Part shown: one piece after another, positions 23,272 through 36,026 of the stretch | Layout of the letters: the number at the start of each line of letters is the position of its first letter | Numbering within the stretch: the first letter of the stretch is position 1 | Source: Plasmodiophora brassicae | Taxonomy: Eukaryota | NCBI GenBank assembly: GCA_036867785.1 | Contig: CP145410.1 | Span: 620,001 to 684,000, forward strand | Length of the DNA stretch: 64,000 nt | Direction: 5' to 3' | The notes under the pieces: generated by a model | What the model saw: only the letters and a program-made list of their open reading frames with translations | Database searches by the model: none | What the model was told of the DNA's origin: nothing | Made by a program: the position numbers and the translations under genes

Positions 23272-24395
23272 ATGCGCCGGATCGCCTGCGTCTGCGACCC
23301 GGCCGAGGTCGACGGGTTCGCGTCCGACCCATGGATCCGGTCCGTCTTCCACGACTGCGTGTACACGCCTGCCGACTACGCGTCGTTCTCGCTCGGATGG
23401 CTCTCGATCGTACGTCGACACACGTCTGGGCGACGATACTGATGATGGGTTGACCCACCACCACACGCCACTCAGGTCCTGTTCATGGTCTGTACCATTC
23501 CCCAGATCGCGTCGAACTATCGGCGGAAGTCTGTTCGGGGCATCAGCAGAGCGTTCGTCGTCGCATGGTGCGATGTGACATTGGAACGGGACGGGTCAAT
23601 ATTGTGCATTGACCAGTCGTGGGCAGGCTGCTGGGCGACCTTTTCAACGTTGCAGGGTGCATTCTTGGGCACCAGTTGCCGACGCAGACGATCACAGGCG
23701 TGTACTTCTGTGTGATGGATGCGGTCCTGTTGGGTCAGATTGCGTTCTATTCAAGGCGCCCCCACTGCCGTCGACAACCGTCGCACGTCGAACCGCTGCT
23801 GCCTGAATCGAGTGGCGATGACGCGTCAACGGCGACGCCGTCTGGGAATACGAAGCGCGTGCAAATGCTCGCTGCTCCGCTTCTGCTGGTAGCGTTGGTT
23901 GGTGGTACGGCGGGAACCTACTTTGTCCAGCAGCGCCAGTTCGTACGGCAGGCACCGCGCCAGCTGCTGTTGCTGAGGGGCACAGGTCCTGCGTGCCTGT
24001 ACTCGGACGACCTGACGTCTGTGGAGTTTATCATGGGATCAATCGTGAGCTGGGCATCGGGATTGCTGTACTTTCTGTCAAGGTACGCGTCATTGGGTCC
24101 CTGTCTGCCAGGGAAACAGAGTTGCCGACTGGGGCGCGCGGCCTGCCTATGTAGGGTACCCCAGGTATACCACAACATTGTAACGAAGACGTGCACGGGC
24201 CTCAGCGTGACCATGTTCGCTATGACGGTGACGTCCAACATCGCATACGGCGCATCCATACTGCTTCGGTTCCCACCCATCAACGGGTTCTTCTTCGCCG
24301 TCACACTTCCGTTCCTAATAGGATCGGTTGGCACACTGGTCTTCGACGTCATCATCGTCTACCAGCTGACCAAGTTTGAAAGGCGCCCCGAATAG
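23272..24395 (+). CDS. PQ-loop repeat lysosomal/vacuolar amino-acid transporter (PQLC2/Ypq-like)
   Basis: Two PQ loops (FPQIASNYRRKSVRGIS; RVPQVYHNIVTKTCTGLS), LLGDLFNVAGCIL..QLPTQ, LPFLIGSVGTLVFD. An upstream start near 23161 is possible. Confidence 0.85.
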
Positions 24396-24641
24396 AACCA
24401 TACAAGACGTCTTCGGCCAATAGCTCCCGCGTACCGAATCGTGTTTGTTCGCTTGCTGGGGCGCCGTCCATCGTTCGCCTTACAGCAGCGACTGGCTAGT
24501 GCACGATGTGAATAACACAGCGCTACAGAACGGGCTCGCTGGATCAATGGCGAACCAGCTATGGCGAAGTCGAACACGAGCCGTATGGCGTAGGAACGTA
24601 TATGCATGACATACTGCTGGATTTGGTCGAATGGCGGGCGC

Positions 24642-26740
24642 TTAGACGGGAACGATGATGGATGAGGAAGCGGCGCTCGGCTCCCCGACAGAGGTCACAG
24701 CGTCCCATACGTTGTCGGCCACGCGTGGTGCGACGTCGTGATCGGTCCAGTCGACGGTTGACGCTTTCACATCGAGTGCCAAGGCACTCAGTGCCAGCAC
24801 TGCCGCGGCGATCATCATTCCGGCCGTCGCGTCCTGCAACACCAACGTGGCCACCAGAATGACGAGGATGAAGCTGACCATCAGCAACGATCGCGATGAC
24901 CGCTTCGACCCATCGCTGTCGAGCTGTGTCGCTGTAGAGCGACAATCAGAATCCCGCCATGCGAACCATGCACACGGTCGCAGACCGATGAAGTCGGACG
25001 CTGCTCTGTGCAATGCAATGAGCATCGACGCGACCACCAGCACGGGGGCGTCCTCGGGCTGAACCGTGCTGAACGCAGCGCTCATCTTCTGCAGGCCCGT
25101 ATCCATGATGAGGACGACAACGACAACGATGGTGAACGCCGACAGCCCCGAAACTGCTGTCGACTCCAGGAACGTTCGGCTCAGGTCCGCCTTCTCTTCT
25201 TCGCTCAAGAACAGCCTGACCAGCGTATGGTAAGCGCGCCTGGGCATCCCCGGTGCCCGGTGCGTTGCCGACGACGCACCTGGTCTTCGCCGCCCGATGG
25301 ATAGCGGTCATGGCGACGGAGATGATGGCGATCGTCACCGTGACGATCGAGGAGGACACGGACCCGGTGGGCGACACGAGGCTGTTCACGACGACAAGGA
25401 CGGTGGCGACGAACGCCAGCAGAACCTACAGCGGCTCGGTCAGCACGGTCGTCATGTGCCGCCCTCCATCCCAACGGTTGGCGTACCGAAAAGAGTCGCT
25501 CCTTGGGCCACGCGTTGCCTGTGATCGACGTGCTCATGGCGATGTGGCAGGCGGTGAAGACGATCTGGTACGCAAACAACGTCATCGCATGCAGGGAGTA
25601 GGCGATGAACAGGGCGGCGCTGGCCTCGATAGCACCCAGGATGACAGCTCGGGCCATCAGGATCGGCGCGATCGCCATCGAGCGCCCGGTTCGGTACCTG
25701 GCCAGGACCATGGCCGTGACATAGATCGGCCAGGCGCAGGTCAGCAGCAACGCTGTGTAGGTGGGCTGCGACACGCCCACGGTTCGTATCGTGAATTGCA
25801 CGCTGACCTGCGCCGCGTTGACCAGGAACAGGAACCCGATCGCCATGCACAGGAAGAGCGTGCCGGACGAGATCGCGTCGACGTCGAACAGGACGATCGG
25901 GCTGCGATGGCGCTGATGGGGTGGGTGTGCCGCCTCGACCGGTTGCTGCTGGTGCTCGGCACTGCCGGCCACCCAGCCCGGCTGGTGCGCCATCTCCACG
26001 AAATGGTTGATGTTCGCCATCTGCTGGATCGGCCAGAGCTTGCCGTGCATGTGCCGCCGGATCAGGTTCGGGACGACCCGGTCGAACCGCTCCAGGAACG
26101 CGTTGATGCGATTGATCAGGTACGTCAGCGCCTGCTGGTGCAATTCGGCGTACTCCTTGTACGCCAGCCGGTCGTCGGCGCCCGCCAGGCCCTTACGTTT
26201 GGCCTTGTCCAGTGTGTTGCTAACAATGGTCGCCGCCCGGAAAACGGCTTCGCCCACCGCGGTTCGAGAGATCTCGTACGTGGCCTGAAGGTGGTCTTTC
26301 GAATACGTATCGATGCCTTTCCGAACAAGGCTGTCGACGATGTCGTACTGCTGGGCGATGGCGTCGTCGACGGACGCGAAATCAATGATGGCGTCCCGCG
26401 GGATGACGTGCGCCCATCTGCGAGCCAGCGTCTGCAACCGGAACGGGAACGACTGACTCGATAGGGCCCTGCTGTCGGTGTCGGTCGACGTCGCCACCGA
26501 CGGCGTCCCGATCGGGTGCATGGACGGCAGTTGCACTTGCTGGTCGTAGTACGACGGGATCGTTAACGGCGCTGGAGGAGCGACGGTCGACGGTACCGAC
26601 GACGTCGTCAGGTACTCCGACGACGACGGGCCCTGCTGCTTGTCGTTCGTGGTCGTATCTGCCTTCGGCGACGCCGATAACGACGCCGCCAGTTTGTCGT
26701 CGTGGCCATCGTTCGAGTGGCCCTCCAGCCACGCCGACAT
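24642..26740 (-). CDS. Multi-pass membrane protein, DMT/SLC35-like C-terminal domain with long soluble N-terminus
   Basis: Long minus-strand ORFs with about 8-10 hydrophobic segments (FIAYSLHAMTLFAYQIVFTACHI...; TIAIISVAMTA; SFILVILVATLVLQD). Confidence 0.6.
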
Positions 26741-27113
26741 GCTGAACGGCCCCTGATCTACCGTACCAATATTGACGGCGCGTGCCTGGATATCCCCAGA
26801 TCGACGCCCGGTGCCAGAAGCATCGCAAGTCTCAATGTACAATGGCCTTTGCCCACGTCGGTCCCTGTGGTTGTGACGCAGGCGCCTACGCTCCCAGGTC
26901 TCGCGCGTGCTTCCATCCTTTCGAGCATCGGCAGCCAGTACCTGGCCGGGCACACAATAGAATGGTTCCCCTGGGCACTGAAAGGGATGCTTCGGCGAGC
27001 TATAAATGCGCCGGTTGACACGTCACAGAGGAGCGACGTGGTCGGGCCCCGGACAAACAGAGAAGGCCCTTGGGCAAGAGTCGCCCACGCGATCGAACCG
27101 ATCGATTGTTGCA

Positions 27114-28892
27114 ATGTCGTTGTCGGGCTTGCTGTCCGCGTTGTGGAAGTCGGATGGGGTCCGCCCGCCGCCGTTCGACCCGGCCAGTATCGAGCCGGTG
27201 GCGGGCCCCGTTCTGTCGGCGCTGCGAGACGGGGTCCAGGACGGGACCATTGTCCTGCCCAGCGATCCCGAGTACGCGGCGCTGAGGCTGCCCTGGAACT
27301 ACGACGTTGCTGGCACGCCCAGCGTCATTGTTCGGTGCAAGTCGGAGGCGGACGTCGTCGCCGTTGTGTCGTGCGCCGGCCAGCACGACGTTGGGCTCTG
27401 CGTCGCTGGCGGACGTCATTCGTTCTATTCGTCGGTATCCGGCGCGATCATGCTCGACCTCGGCCTGCTTAACGCGGTAAGCCCGGAAGCGCACCTGAGA
27501 CGGTGCCGGTCAAGAGAGACGACCTCGTAAACGCGTCGTCGTGTCAGGTGACTGTTGACGCGGAGCAATCGATCGCCGTCGTCCAAGGGGGCGCGAAACT
27601 GGAGAACTTGGACGCCGCATGTGCCCCATACGGGCTGGCGGTGACCGCTGGAACGAACCCTGACACGGGCGTTGGCGGGTTGACGTTAGGCGGCGGGGTC
27701 GGCCTGCTGGCCAGGCGTTTCGGCATGACGATCGACAATCTGGTTGCCGTGAAGATGGTCCTGGCGGACGGCCAGGTCGTCGGCGCCGACGAGAACATGA
27801 ACCCGGACCTGTTCTGGGCTGTGCGAGGCGGCGGGGGCAACTTCGGTACGATCTGCGCCAGCAGCTGTCGCTTCGCCATTCGTCTGTCAATTGTGAGACG
27901 CACAGGTGTCGTCCTGGAGTTTCGCTTCAGGTTGCACAAGATTGGGAACCAGGGACGCGTTGTGGCCGGGAACATGGTGTACCTCCGGCCGTGGATCCTG
28001 CGGCCGGTCATGGAATACCCGCCGACCGCCATGCGCCTCCATCGTGATTACTGGCTGGAGATGCCGCCGGAAATGGGGGCCCTTGCCGTCGTGGTGTCCC
28101 AGGGGCCGTTCGTCGCGATGTATTGCTACTCTGGTGATGTCGACGAAGGCAAGCGCATTGCGGGCGACAAGCTGTCCACGCTGGGGAGGACGTTCATCAA
28201 CACAGCGGGCAACGAGGTCAGCTACCACCTCGAGGCACAGCGCCTGGCACTTGGCCCCGACGGCAAAGGCCAGCAGCCTGGATATCACTATGAGGTCGAT
28301 GACGAACGACGCTCACGACAAATGCAGTCGTGGTTGACACGTGTCCCTAGAAATCCGTTCTGGTGGACTCGCTCCCGGACGACCTTCTCGATATCCTCTG
28401 GGAGCAATCCTCTGTGGGACCGTACGTATCAAGTTGTTGATGATGGTGCAAGCAATGGCGGCACCTGACGTCGTCGTCTTCGTTAGGTCCGGATCGGCGC
28501 TCGTGATAATGATTCTTGGCGGGAAGGTTGCTTCGGTTGCGTCCGAGGCGACCGCGTTCCCTCATCGGCAGGCTCGTTTCTGGATCCTGGCGTTGGCCTG
28601 GTTCCCGTACAGTGAAGACGTTCCTGCACGCACAGCCGCCGTGGAATGGACGCGCCAGACAGTCCATCGCATACGCCCGTTCTCCTCCGGGACCTATCAG
28701 ACGATCGGCAAGCGAGACGAGGACGAACCGTCAGGTGCTGCACAGGCCTCTGCACGCGTCGAGGCCTGGCGCAGGCACGGCGACGGCACCGACGTCTTCG
28801 GGGGCAACATTGAGCGCCTGCGACGAATCAAGGCCAAGTACGACCCGAAGAACGTCTTCAAGTACAACAACAATATCGACCCGAAAGCGTAG
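27114..28892 (+). CDS. FAD-linked oxidoreductase, berberine-bridge-enzyme-like (FAD_binding_4 plus BBE domain)
   Basis: PSVIVRCKSEADV, VAGGRHS, GVGGLTLGGGVG..RRFGMTIDNL, NPDLFWAVRGGGGNFG, and C-terminal FGGNIERLRRIKAKYDPKNVF. Confidence 0.92.
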
Positions 28893-28965
28893 AGCGGTAT
28901 ATAAAACACGGGCGAACTCCGGTCAGACTATATTACGTCTAACCGTCATGTGGGGAGACCCATAT

Positions 28966-31900
28966 TCACCAGTCGTATGCAACGCCGGCCGGAGCACCAT
29001 GACTGGAATTCCTCGTCAGGATATGCTGCAGGTGCATCTGTTCGAAGTACGCCGGGCAATCGAGCGACTCGCACAGATGAACACCGCCGGTGCACTCCTG
29101 GCATATGCGATGCAGCCGATGCAGACTCGCCTGGTGCTTGTGGCTGTTCGCCGCCCGATGGGCAGCAACCATTTGGGCGCCATCCGCACACGACCGGCAA
29201 CTCGTGTCCCCGCATATGGGGCAGCGAGCCAGCAGTCGATCGATTGGCCCTTGGTTACCAGCATACACGCCCCTTGGGCGCGGCAGCTCTTCATACCAGC
29301 GCCATATGTTGACATGGACGAGGGACGTCAGGCGACCGAGACTTGGGAGGAGCTGCTTCGTGATGTAGTAGGTGACGTTGATCCGCAACTGACTTCCAGG
29401 CGCAAGGACATCGCCAGGGGGCTTAACAACATCGGTCAGCCTGTCGTCCCGGTTACCGTACACAACCTGAGGAGCAAGTCAGGCATGGAGATACGACACG
29501 CAAGAATTGCAGATTGAAACGTACGACATAGGGGACCCGCTCTTTGTACAGTGGGGTTGCGCGTGGGTCGACGTCCATCAGTCGTTGGGCGACAGTGGCA
29601 CCAGGAGGCTTCGTCTTGCTGCGGTACTTCTCTACACTCACCGTCAGCAGACAGCAACTTGCACATGCTAACCTACAAACCCATGCGGACCTCCTTGGCG
29701 AACACGTATTGCATCACAGATATGTCGCCTGATACAGACGCCGCAATAAGATACCGCTGACGGATGAAGAGCGCACTGATGCACACCTACCCAGCATCAT
29801 ACGAGTCCACAGCGACTCCAGGTAGTTTCGCAGGCGAGACAAATCCTTCTTGAACATGAACGTGATGGTTCTATCCATTGCTTCAACAAGAAGCGGGCAC
29901 CCATCGCGCCTGATTACTTCGAGACCTGCGTACGCTACTCAGCAAGGACGTAGGCCAGTCATCAGCCGTCCCTCCAAACCTTTCGCGTCAATGACAGGAG
30001 TATCTTCCAGCTTCTCATATTTCAGGCCGACATATCGTTTCTTGGATACCAGAATGCAGGGTTGGTACACCTGTTCGAATAACGTCAGTTGGGCTGAGAC
30101 GTCCCGACGAATCCCCTATACCTTCTCAAACAGCAGCTTGACTGGTGGCGGATTCGAATCCGAAACGCGCTTGGCAATGGCAGCACCGATATCGAACGCT
30201 TCGGCAAGCGTTCGCCCTGGGACCGATACAAACCTGTTTCGACTCTCAGTTGTCCGGGTTAGAGTACCTACCAACAGACAGCGCTCACAAACATTGAGTC
30301 TGTGTCGGCGTACACGACGCGAGCACGCCAATCAGCTTCAGTCTCGACGAGCGCAATAGCGCGTTCCAACGTCTGCCGCCCGGTTTCCACAATGGTATCC
30401 GCGATCTCGGCACAGGGCATACGACCAGAAAATCCCGCTGCAGTATACCCATACCTGTGGAGCGAACAGGTCAGAACGGCCACCCACTCCCTACTGTGCT
30501 AGACGTCGTACGTGACGTTTGCAAGCATCTTGATGCCGAACTGTTTCGCGTTCATCTGTGCCCACTTTGGGTCGTCACTTGGAATGCTCTTCATTGCCTG
30601 CAATGGACGGCATTTAGACGTACCTAATGGATGCGATGATGAAGAAGCGCTTACCGATTTTATAGCAACACGAGTTTTCAGTAAGTCACTCAAGACACGA
30701 GGCAGTAGACCGTTGCGCATGTCATCATCACCACGACGGTCGAAATAGACGACGCCGTTAGGCGATACAGCGACCTTCCCTGACCGCAAGGTGTTCCAGT
30801 CGGCAAGGACCGCCCCATTGGCACCGAGAGGAACAGTCGGGGAGTTCGATGACAGTGCACTTTCAAGCGACGACAATGACCCGACACAGGTCGAGTAGCA
30901 TATGTCCCGAGATATCACTATCGACGGGTAGAGCGACTGGAAATCGAGGACAATGACGGGATCGCAATACATAGCGCTGTGTGGCTCCATGATCAGTGGG
31001 ATGCATTCCATAGCGGGCTGCCCTGCCACCTGCTCTGGCGAAGCAGACATGAAGCTGAACCCTTCCCGAATACCAGCGCGAATCATGACCGATTCAACGC
31101 GATACTGCAGGGAAGCTCGTCAGCAACTTCGACAAAGACGGTACAAGCGCAAGGGCACCTGGGATCCCCGCGTCAGGACGCTGTAAAAGTCGATGCCGAA
31201 CAGTCTTGCCAATTCGCTCGTATGCTGGATAAGGTTCTGTTGCTTCAATATACGAAGTCCTACGTCAGCCCGGTGAAGACGATCATCAAGTGCTCGGCGC
31301 AAACCAGCCGGATGTGGTGTCCGTGCCAGCCGGTTCAGGGTTTGCCACGAGCGATAAGGTGTCCGCACAGACAGGAGATGCAAAGCGACGACGTGAAGAG
31401 AGTATGAAGGAAGTTTGACTTCGGATCGCATCAGCCTCCAAAGATTGAGGACGATCCGCCCAGTCACATGTAGACCCGACCCTTTCTTCTTGTCCCTGCA
31501 AGAACGATACGTTTGCTTAGGGACATGACGAATGTCGACAACACACGCCTTACCATTCATCATTAAATGCCGCTCTCGGCTTGGCCAGCGCGACTCGAGA
31601 TATCTCATGGAGCAAAGGAGTGGGCCTCTTCAGAGCACTCCAACGCTCATCAAGGTATCCCAGGGACTGTTTCTGAATCTCATATGCGACAATAAAGTCG
31701 GGATCGATATCCCTTATCTCGGCAACGAATCGATCGAGTAGGTCAGCTTCCGTAGGCACTTCGACTAACCTAACAGCAGATGGGTCGTATCCAACCTGCA
31801 GCGGGACGTGAATAGGGGCACCAACGTCGCTCAGCGACTCCCGGTTGACAAGAACGACTGCCGGCACCCGACCACCATCGTCACGTTCTATCCGGATAAC

Positions 31901-33883
31901 GATGGCGATGACCGGGTCGTACTCCGGAGCAGGTTCCAGCGTCCCTCGACAGGACAGCAATGTCTCAATGCAGGCCACGACGACGTTCTGGACAACATGA
32001 GAGAGGGCATGCGGTTCCGAACTGGGAAGCGAGGTGGGCGACGCTTGCTGGACTTCCGCGGCTGCAGACGACGAACCCTGTGACCCGAACTGCGACACGA
32101 CATTGTTAGCAGCGGCGAACACCTTTCGGCCGCTGCTGTCGATGTGACCAGCTGCAACGGCAACACCTTTGCGGCCACTTCGAACGATATCAGGGGCTGC
32201 TGGTGGGTCGTCCCTCGGCTGCATGAACCGTCCAGGCATTGGGATTGCGTTACGACCGTTAACTGGAAACAATTCGTCAACGACATCGGAAGGCAGACGG
32301 CCAGATCGGTGAAGTTCCGCGAGCTCTCTGTCCCTGTGCGACGAATCGGAAAAGAACGGCCGCTGTGCCAGGATGATGCCAGCGTCTCCACTGACTTGCG
32401 AGCCAGATACAGAGCAAGGCATTTCAGGAACGTGGTCGTCCTCAGGGAGTTCCTCAACGTCCACATCCGCCTCTTTCACTTCATGATCGTCAGTTTCTAG
32501 GCGACCTTCGTCTGCTGGTTCATCGACGTCAGCATCCGCTACATGCATTTCTGTATCAGCCCCTTGGTTGTTGTGAGCATTGAACTCTGAAATCAGATGC
32601 GGCCAATGGTCCAAGACGTAGGCCTCGGTAAGCCACCGGTAGGGCTTCCCAGATTCGACCGGAGGGCTGGAGAGTCGGAATCGGTACTGGGGATACCGTC
32701 CAGAGCGATCCATGCGAACGCCGTCAATTCGAGGCTCGACTCGAAGAGACCGCCGACGATCTTTACGATCGATCTCATTGCAGGCTTGTTCGAGCTGAGA
32801 CAAACCGGAAGGTTGGTCACCAGCGATCATGTCCCCCAGGTCACTTTCCACAGCTTCATCCTCACTGGTTGCATTGCCCCCGCCGAACTTGTTCCGGTTC
32901 ATTGCTGTCAGCAGGTCCTCATCCGAATCGACAGGCTCTTGCGGTGGAAGAACTTCGCCGTCATTGACGTCTACGCTCGCAGCTTGCGACAGAGCCATCT
33001 GCGACAGACTTAACGGCTGACTGCCTGGCGGAGCTTCGAGCGAGGCCGCCTCTTGAAGCAAAGCTTGAAGGCGTGCCCGCGCCGCTGCCTCGGGCCCCGA
33101 CGGCGCGTAATGATCGACCCGAGCGGTGAGCTCCTGCTCATGCAGTTGACTCGACAGCCCAAGGTCTTTCCATACGCTGGCAAGCGACGGGACGGTCAAC
33201 CCCTCAGGGACGGCGTCATAGGGATTCAAGATCGAGTCAGCGTCAACGTCGATTTCCAGGATCTTCTCGGAGGCCACACGCGCGATAGGGCTCAGCGTCC
33301 CGCCTGGCAGGTCGACACCGTCCCGATATCGGCAGTCAGCACGTCGGAGATGCAACCAGTCCATGCCATACAGCAGGTGCTCGATAAAGAATTGCAGCGT
33401 GTACGGGACATGTGCGTGCTGGACGAGGAAGCGATGCCCGTTGAAGAGTGTTCCAGAGCGTAACAGGGCGGCCACAGCCTTCATCGATGATGGATCAGTG
33501 AGACTGATCCTGGCCATGCTTCGCATCCGCCGACAGTACCCATAGACCGGGCGGCGCTTGACAAGCTCGGCGGAATAGATAACGGGAGGCGTGGTGGCCG
33601 ATGCCGACATGGCGTCATGAAGGCAAGAGCACAGTAGGTCAAGGTCGGGTGCACCTTGATCGATGTCGTCGACGTCGATGAGAAGGTAAGGGTAGAAACC
33701 ATGGATATGCAGGCAGACGGGTTGTCGGGCGCCGGCCGCCGAGCCGAACACGCGAATTTCAGGTGATCGTGTGGGTGCCAGGCGTCGGTCGCCAGACCAA
33801 GGCAACGGAACGCGGTTGTCAGGATCGATGGCGTGGACGGTCCAGTCAACAGTAACGATGCGGACCGACAGTGTGTCCTCCAT
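28966..33883 (-). CDS. REV3: DNA polymerase zeta catalytic subunit (multi-exon)
   Basis: N-terminal IRVFG..CLHIHGFYPYL and HVPYTLQFFIEHLLYGM. TSELARLFGIDFYSVLTRGSQ, LDFQSLYPS, KMLANVTY/GYTAAGFSGRMPCAEIAD, YADTDSMF. C-terminal CysA/CysB motifs and terminal DW. Confidence 0.95.
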
Positions 33884-34039
33884 CGACGACTCGCGACCAA
33901 CGGAGTGCGCGGTCGGGAGCGCAGCGAGGTCCTGTCGCCTCAAGCGGCGTCAAGTGCCGTCGACACCGACAACGGCGAACCCCGGTTAGGTTGATCTGCT
34001 CGACGCCATGTCATGGTCGATCGCACCTCGCAACCCGTT

Positions 34040-34113
34040 GACTTCATGGTGTAGTTGGTTATCACATCTGTCTAACACACAGGAGGTCCCCAGTTCGAGT
34101 CTGGGTGAAGTCA
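34040..34113 (+). tRNA. tRNA-Val(AAC)
   Basis: GACTTCA/TGAAGTC acceptor stem, D arm GTGTAGTTGGTTATCAC, anticodon loop CT-AAC-AC, T arm CCCAG-TTCGAGT-CTGGG. Confidence 0.95.
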
Positions 34114-34867
34114 AATGTGGGGAATGATTGGAATCCTAAATTTTTGAACGATTCGATGGTGCATTGGCATCAGATGAATGGGCTGATGCCAGGACTAATA
34201 TGGGCTAGCCAGCGCAGCACTGTATTAACAGCCCGTTCGCTGTCTCCACAACACGGAATTAACCGACTGCCGAAGCCGTCGGTTGCCGTGGACGTTTATT
34301 CAAACTGCGCGGCTGCGCGACCCCCGTCGCGGCCGTGCCATAACAACAACCACCTCCGATTAGTCGTGCCTCTATTTGCTATCGTCGATGCTTCAAGGTC
34401 GACTCCCTTGCTCCCGCAGTCCCGAAGGCCTGTTATCAAAATCGCATTCGAAGCAGCGGTCGCTGTAACAAGGTGCTGGTATTCGGGGGTCGTCGTGTAC
34501 GATAATACCGGCTTACCTCATTATCAACAGGATCCAAGGTTCTCTTGTAGCTGGCGAATTTTGCATCCCCGGAGAGGTAGAACATTCATGCACCGGAAGG
34601 TTGGCAACAAATGCGCTCCCAAGAAGGGTCAAACTTGGATGCCGATCGAGCACGAATCGGGAACTCCACTCAAGAGGTCTTTTAGGGAGCTTCTATATCA
34701 TCGCGAGGTTAAAAGCGAACTCTCTGCCGGAGAGGAAAAGTTCGTCATCTCAACGAAACTTTGAACGTTCAGTAACTGGGCAATGCGAGCAGAAGTGGAT
34801 ATTTCAAGACTGGCACTACTGAAAATTAGAAATGCAAGGGCCGCTATTGAGAACAGCTTCCGCAAAT

Positions 34868-34941
34868 GACTTCATGGTGTAGTTGGTTATCACATCTGTC
34901 TCACACACAGGAGGTCTCCAGTTCGAATCTGGGTGAAGTCA
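34868..34941 (+). tRNA. tRNA-Val(CAC), copy 1
   Basis: Same cloverleaf as 34040-34113, with anticodon loop CT-CAC-AC. Confidence 0.95.
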
Positions 34942-35128
34942 TTGCAGATCGTGCCAGCCGTCAGCGTATTGAAGACTGCTAGTATTCCTTTTTCCATCAT
35001 GTAAGGTGAAGACCCGCATCCAGGAGTTGCCTTTGTCGGGCCACAATAGAGTCAGGCCTGCAGAATGAATGATGTCCGGCTTAGTGTACACGTCTCATGC
35101 TGCAACAGCGCTTCGTGAGTAAGCAAGT

Positions 35129-35202
35129 GACTTCATGGTGTAGTTGGTTATCACATCTGTCTCACACACAGGAGGTCTCCAGTTCGAATCTGGGTGAAGT
35201 CA
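35129..35202 (+). tRNA. tRNA-Val(CAC), copy 2
   Basis: Identical to copy 1 and 261 bp downstream. Confidence 0.95.
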
Positions 35203-35389
35203 TTGCAGATCGTGCCAGCCGTCAGCGTATTGAAGACTGCTAGTATTCCTTTTTCCATCATGTAAGGTGAAGACTCGCATCCAGGAGTTGCCTTTGTCGG
35301 GCCACAATAGAGTCAGGCCTGCAGAATGAATGATGTCCGGCTTAGTGTACACGTCTGATGCTGCAACAGCGCTTCGTGAGTAAGCAAGT

Positions 35390-35463
35390 GACTTCATGGT
35401 GTAGTTGGTTATCACATCTGTCTCACACACAGGAGGTCTCCAGTTCGATTCTGGGTGAAGTCA
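35390..35463 (+). tRNA. tRNA-Val(CAC), copy 3
   Basis: One T-loop difference (TTCGATT). Followed by TTTTTATTTTT, a Pol III terminator. Confidence 0.95.
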
Positions 35464-36026
35464 TCATTTTTATTTTTCGTTTTTGGGCACTGGGTATAGC
35501 CGCAACGGACTTCCTCCATTGTTAGGGCGCGCGCCTATACTTCTCTCCAAACCCATCTCGGTCTCGAGGCAGGAAGTCCGTGACGGACTCCGACACTTTG
35601 ACAGTCATCTCGCTGCTGGCCTTGTTGGTCCCGGCGTGAAGGTTAATGTAAGGCTATTAATTTCAGTATTTTCCTATAATTTTCTTCCAAAGCTTATGAT
35701 TATCAATTACCATGCTAATTCTGTATGTCTATGAAGACTGATAAATTTTATGAAGCTTCTGCTTCGAATAGTCTGTTGGTTATTATGCTTCGTCTTCTGA
35801 CGTCTGCTTGTACAGACACCATCGATCGGTGACGATCAGGAACGGCATCCGTTGTCGTGTGTTCAGCCCTTAGCGTATCGTAGATGCACTTATGTGTACA
35901 GCCTTTTGAGCAATTTGCGTTGAAACTGGCTGAAGGAAATAGTGCTAAATTCTTTTCGTTTGTTAATAAATCGCTGGTGTAGTAATTGTTACGTCATGCC
36001 TGCTGCATCTGTATTGCGACCAATCA

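Larger units (their letters stand above)
34868..35463 (+). repeat. Tandem repeat with a 261-bp unit (74-nt tRNA plus 187-nt spacer), about 2.3 copies
   Basis: tRNA starts at 34868, 35129 and 35390. The two spacers differ at only 2 positions that I could see. Confidence 0.93.

Noticed and set aside
25253-26464. Long antisense ORFs (also 46008-47315, 44572-45609, 37589-38476, 28516-29517)
   Set aside because: These are shadow ORFs opposite GC-rich coding genes and have no independent domain signal.
30290-30316. YADTDS instead of YGDTDS in REV3 motif C as a sign of inactivation
   Set aside because: Both catalytic Asp residues are intact and Gly-to-Ala is conservative.
34105-34764. 219-aa ORF between the tRNAs
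   Set aside because: It starts at a GTG inside the tRNA, has no recognisable motifs, and lacks the GC-rich codon style of the real genes.
34868-35463. Regularly spaced repeats as a CRISPR array
   Set aside because: The repeats are tRNA genes, the spacers are near-identical rather than unique, there are no cas genes, and the context is eukaryotic.
35566-35592. GGAAGTCC followed by a small hairpin as RNase P/MRP RNA
   Set aside because: Only a short motif matches and I could not identify the partner P4 strand.
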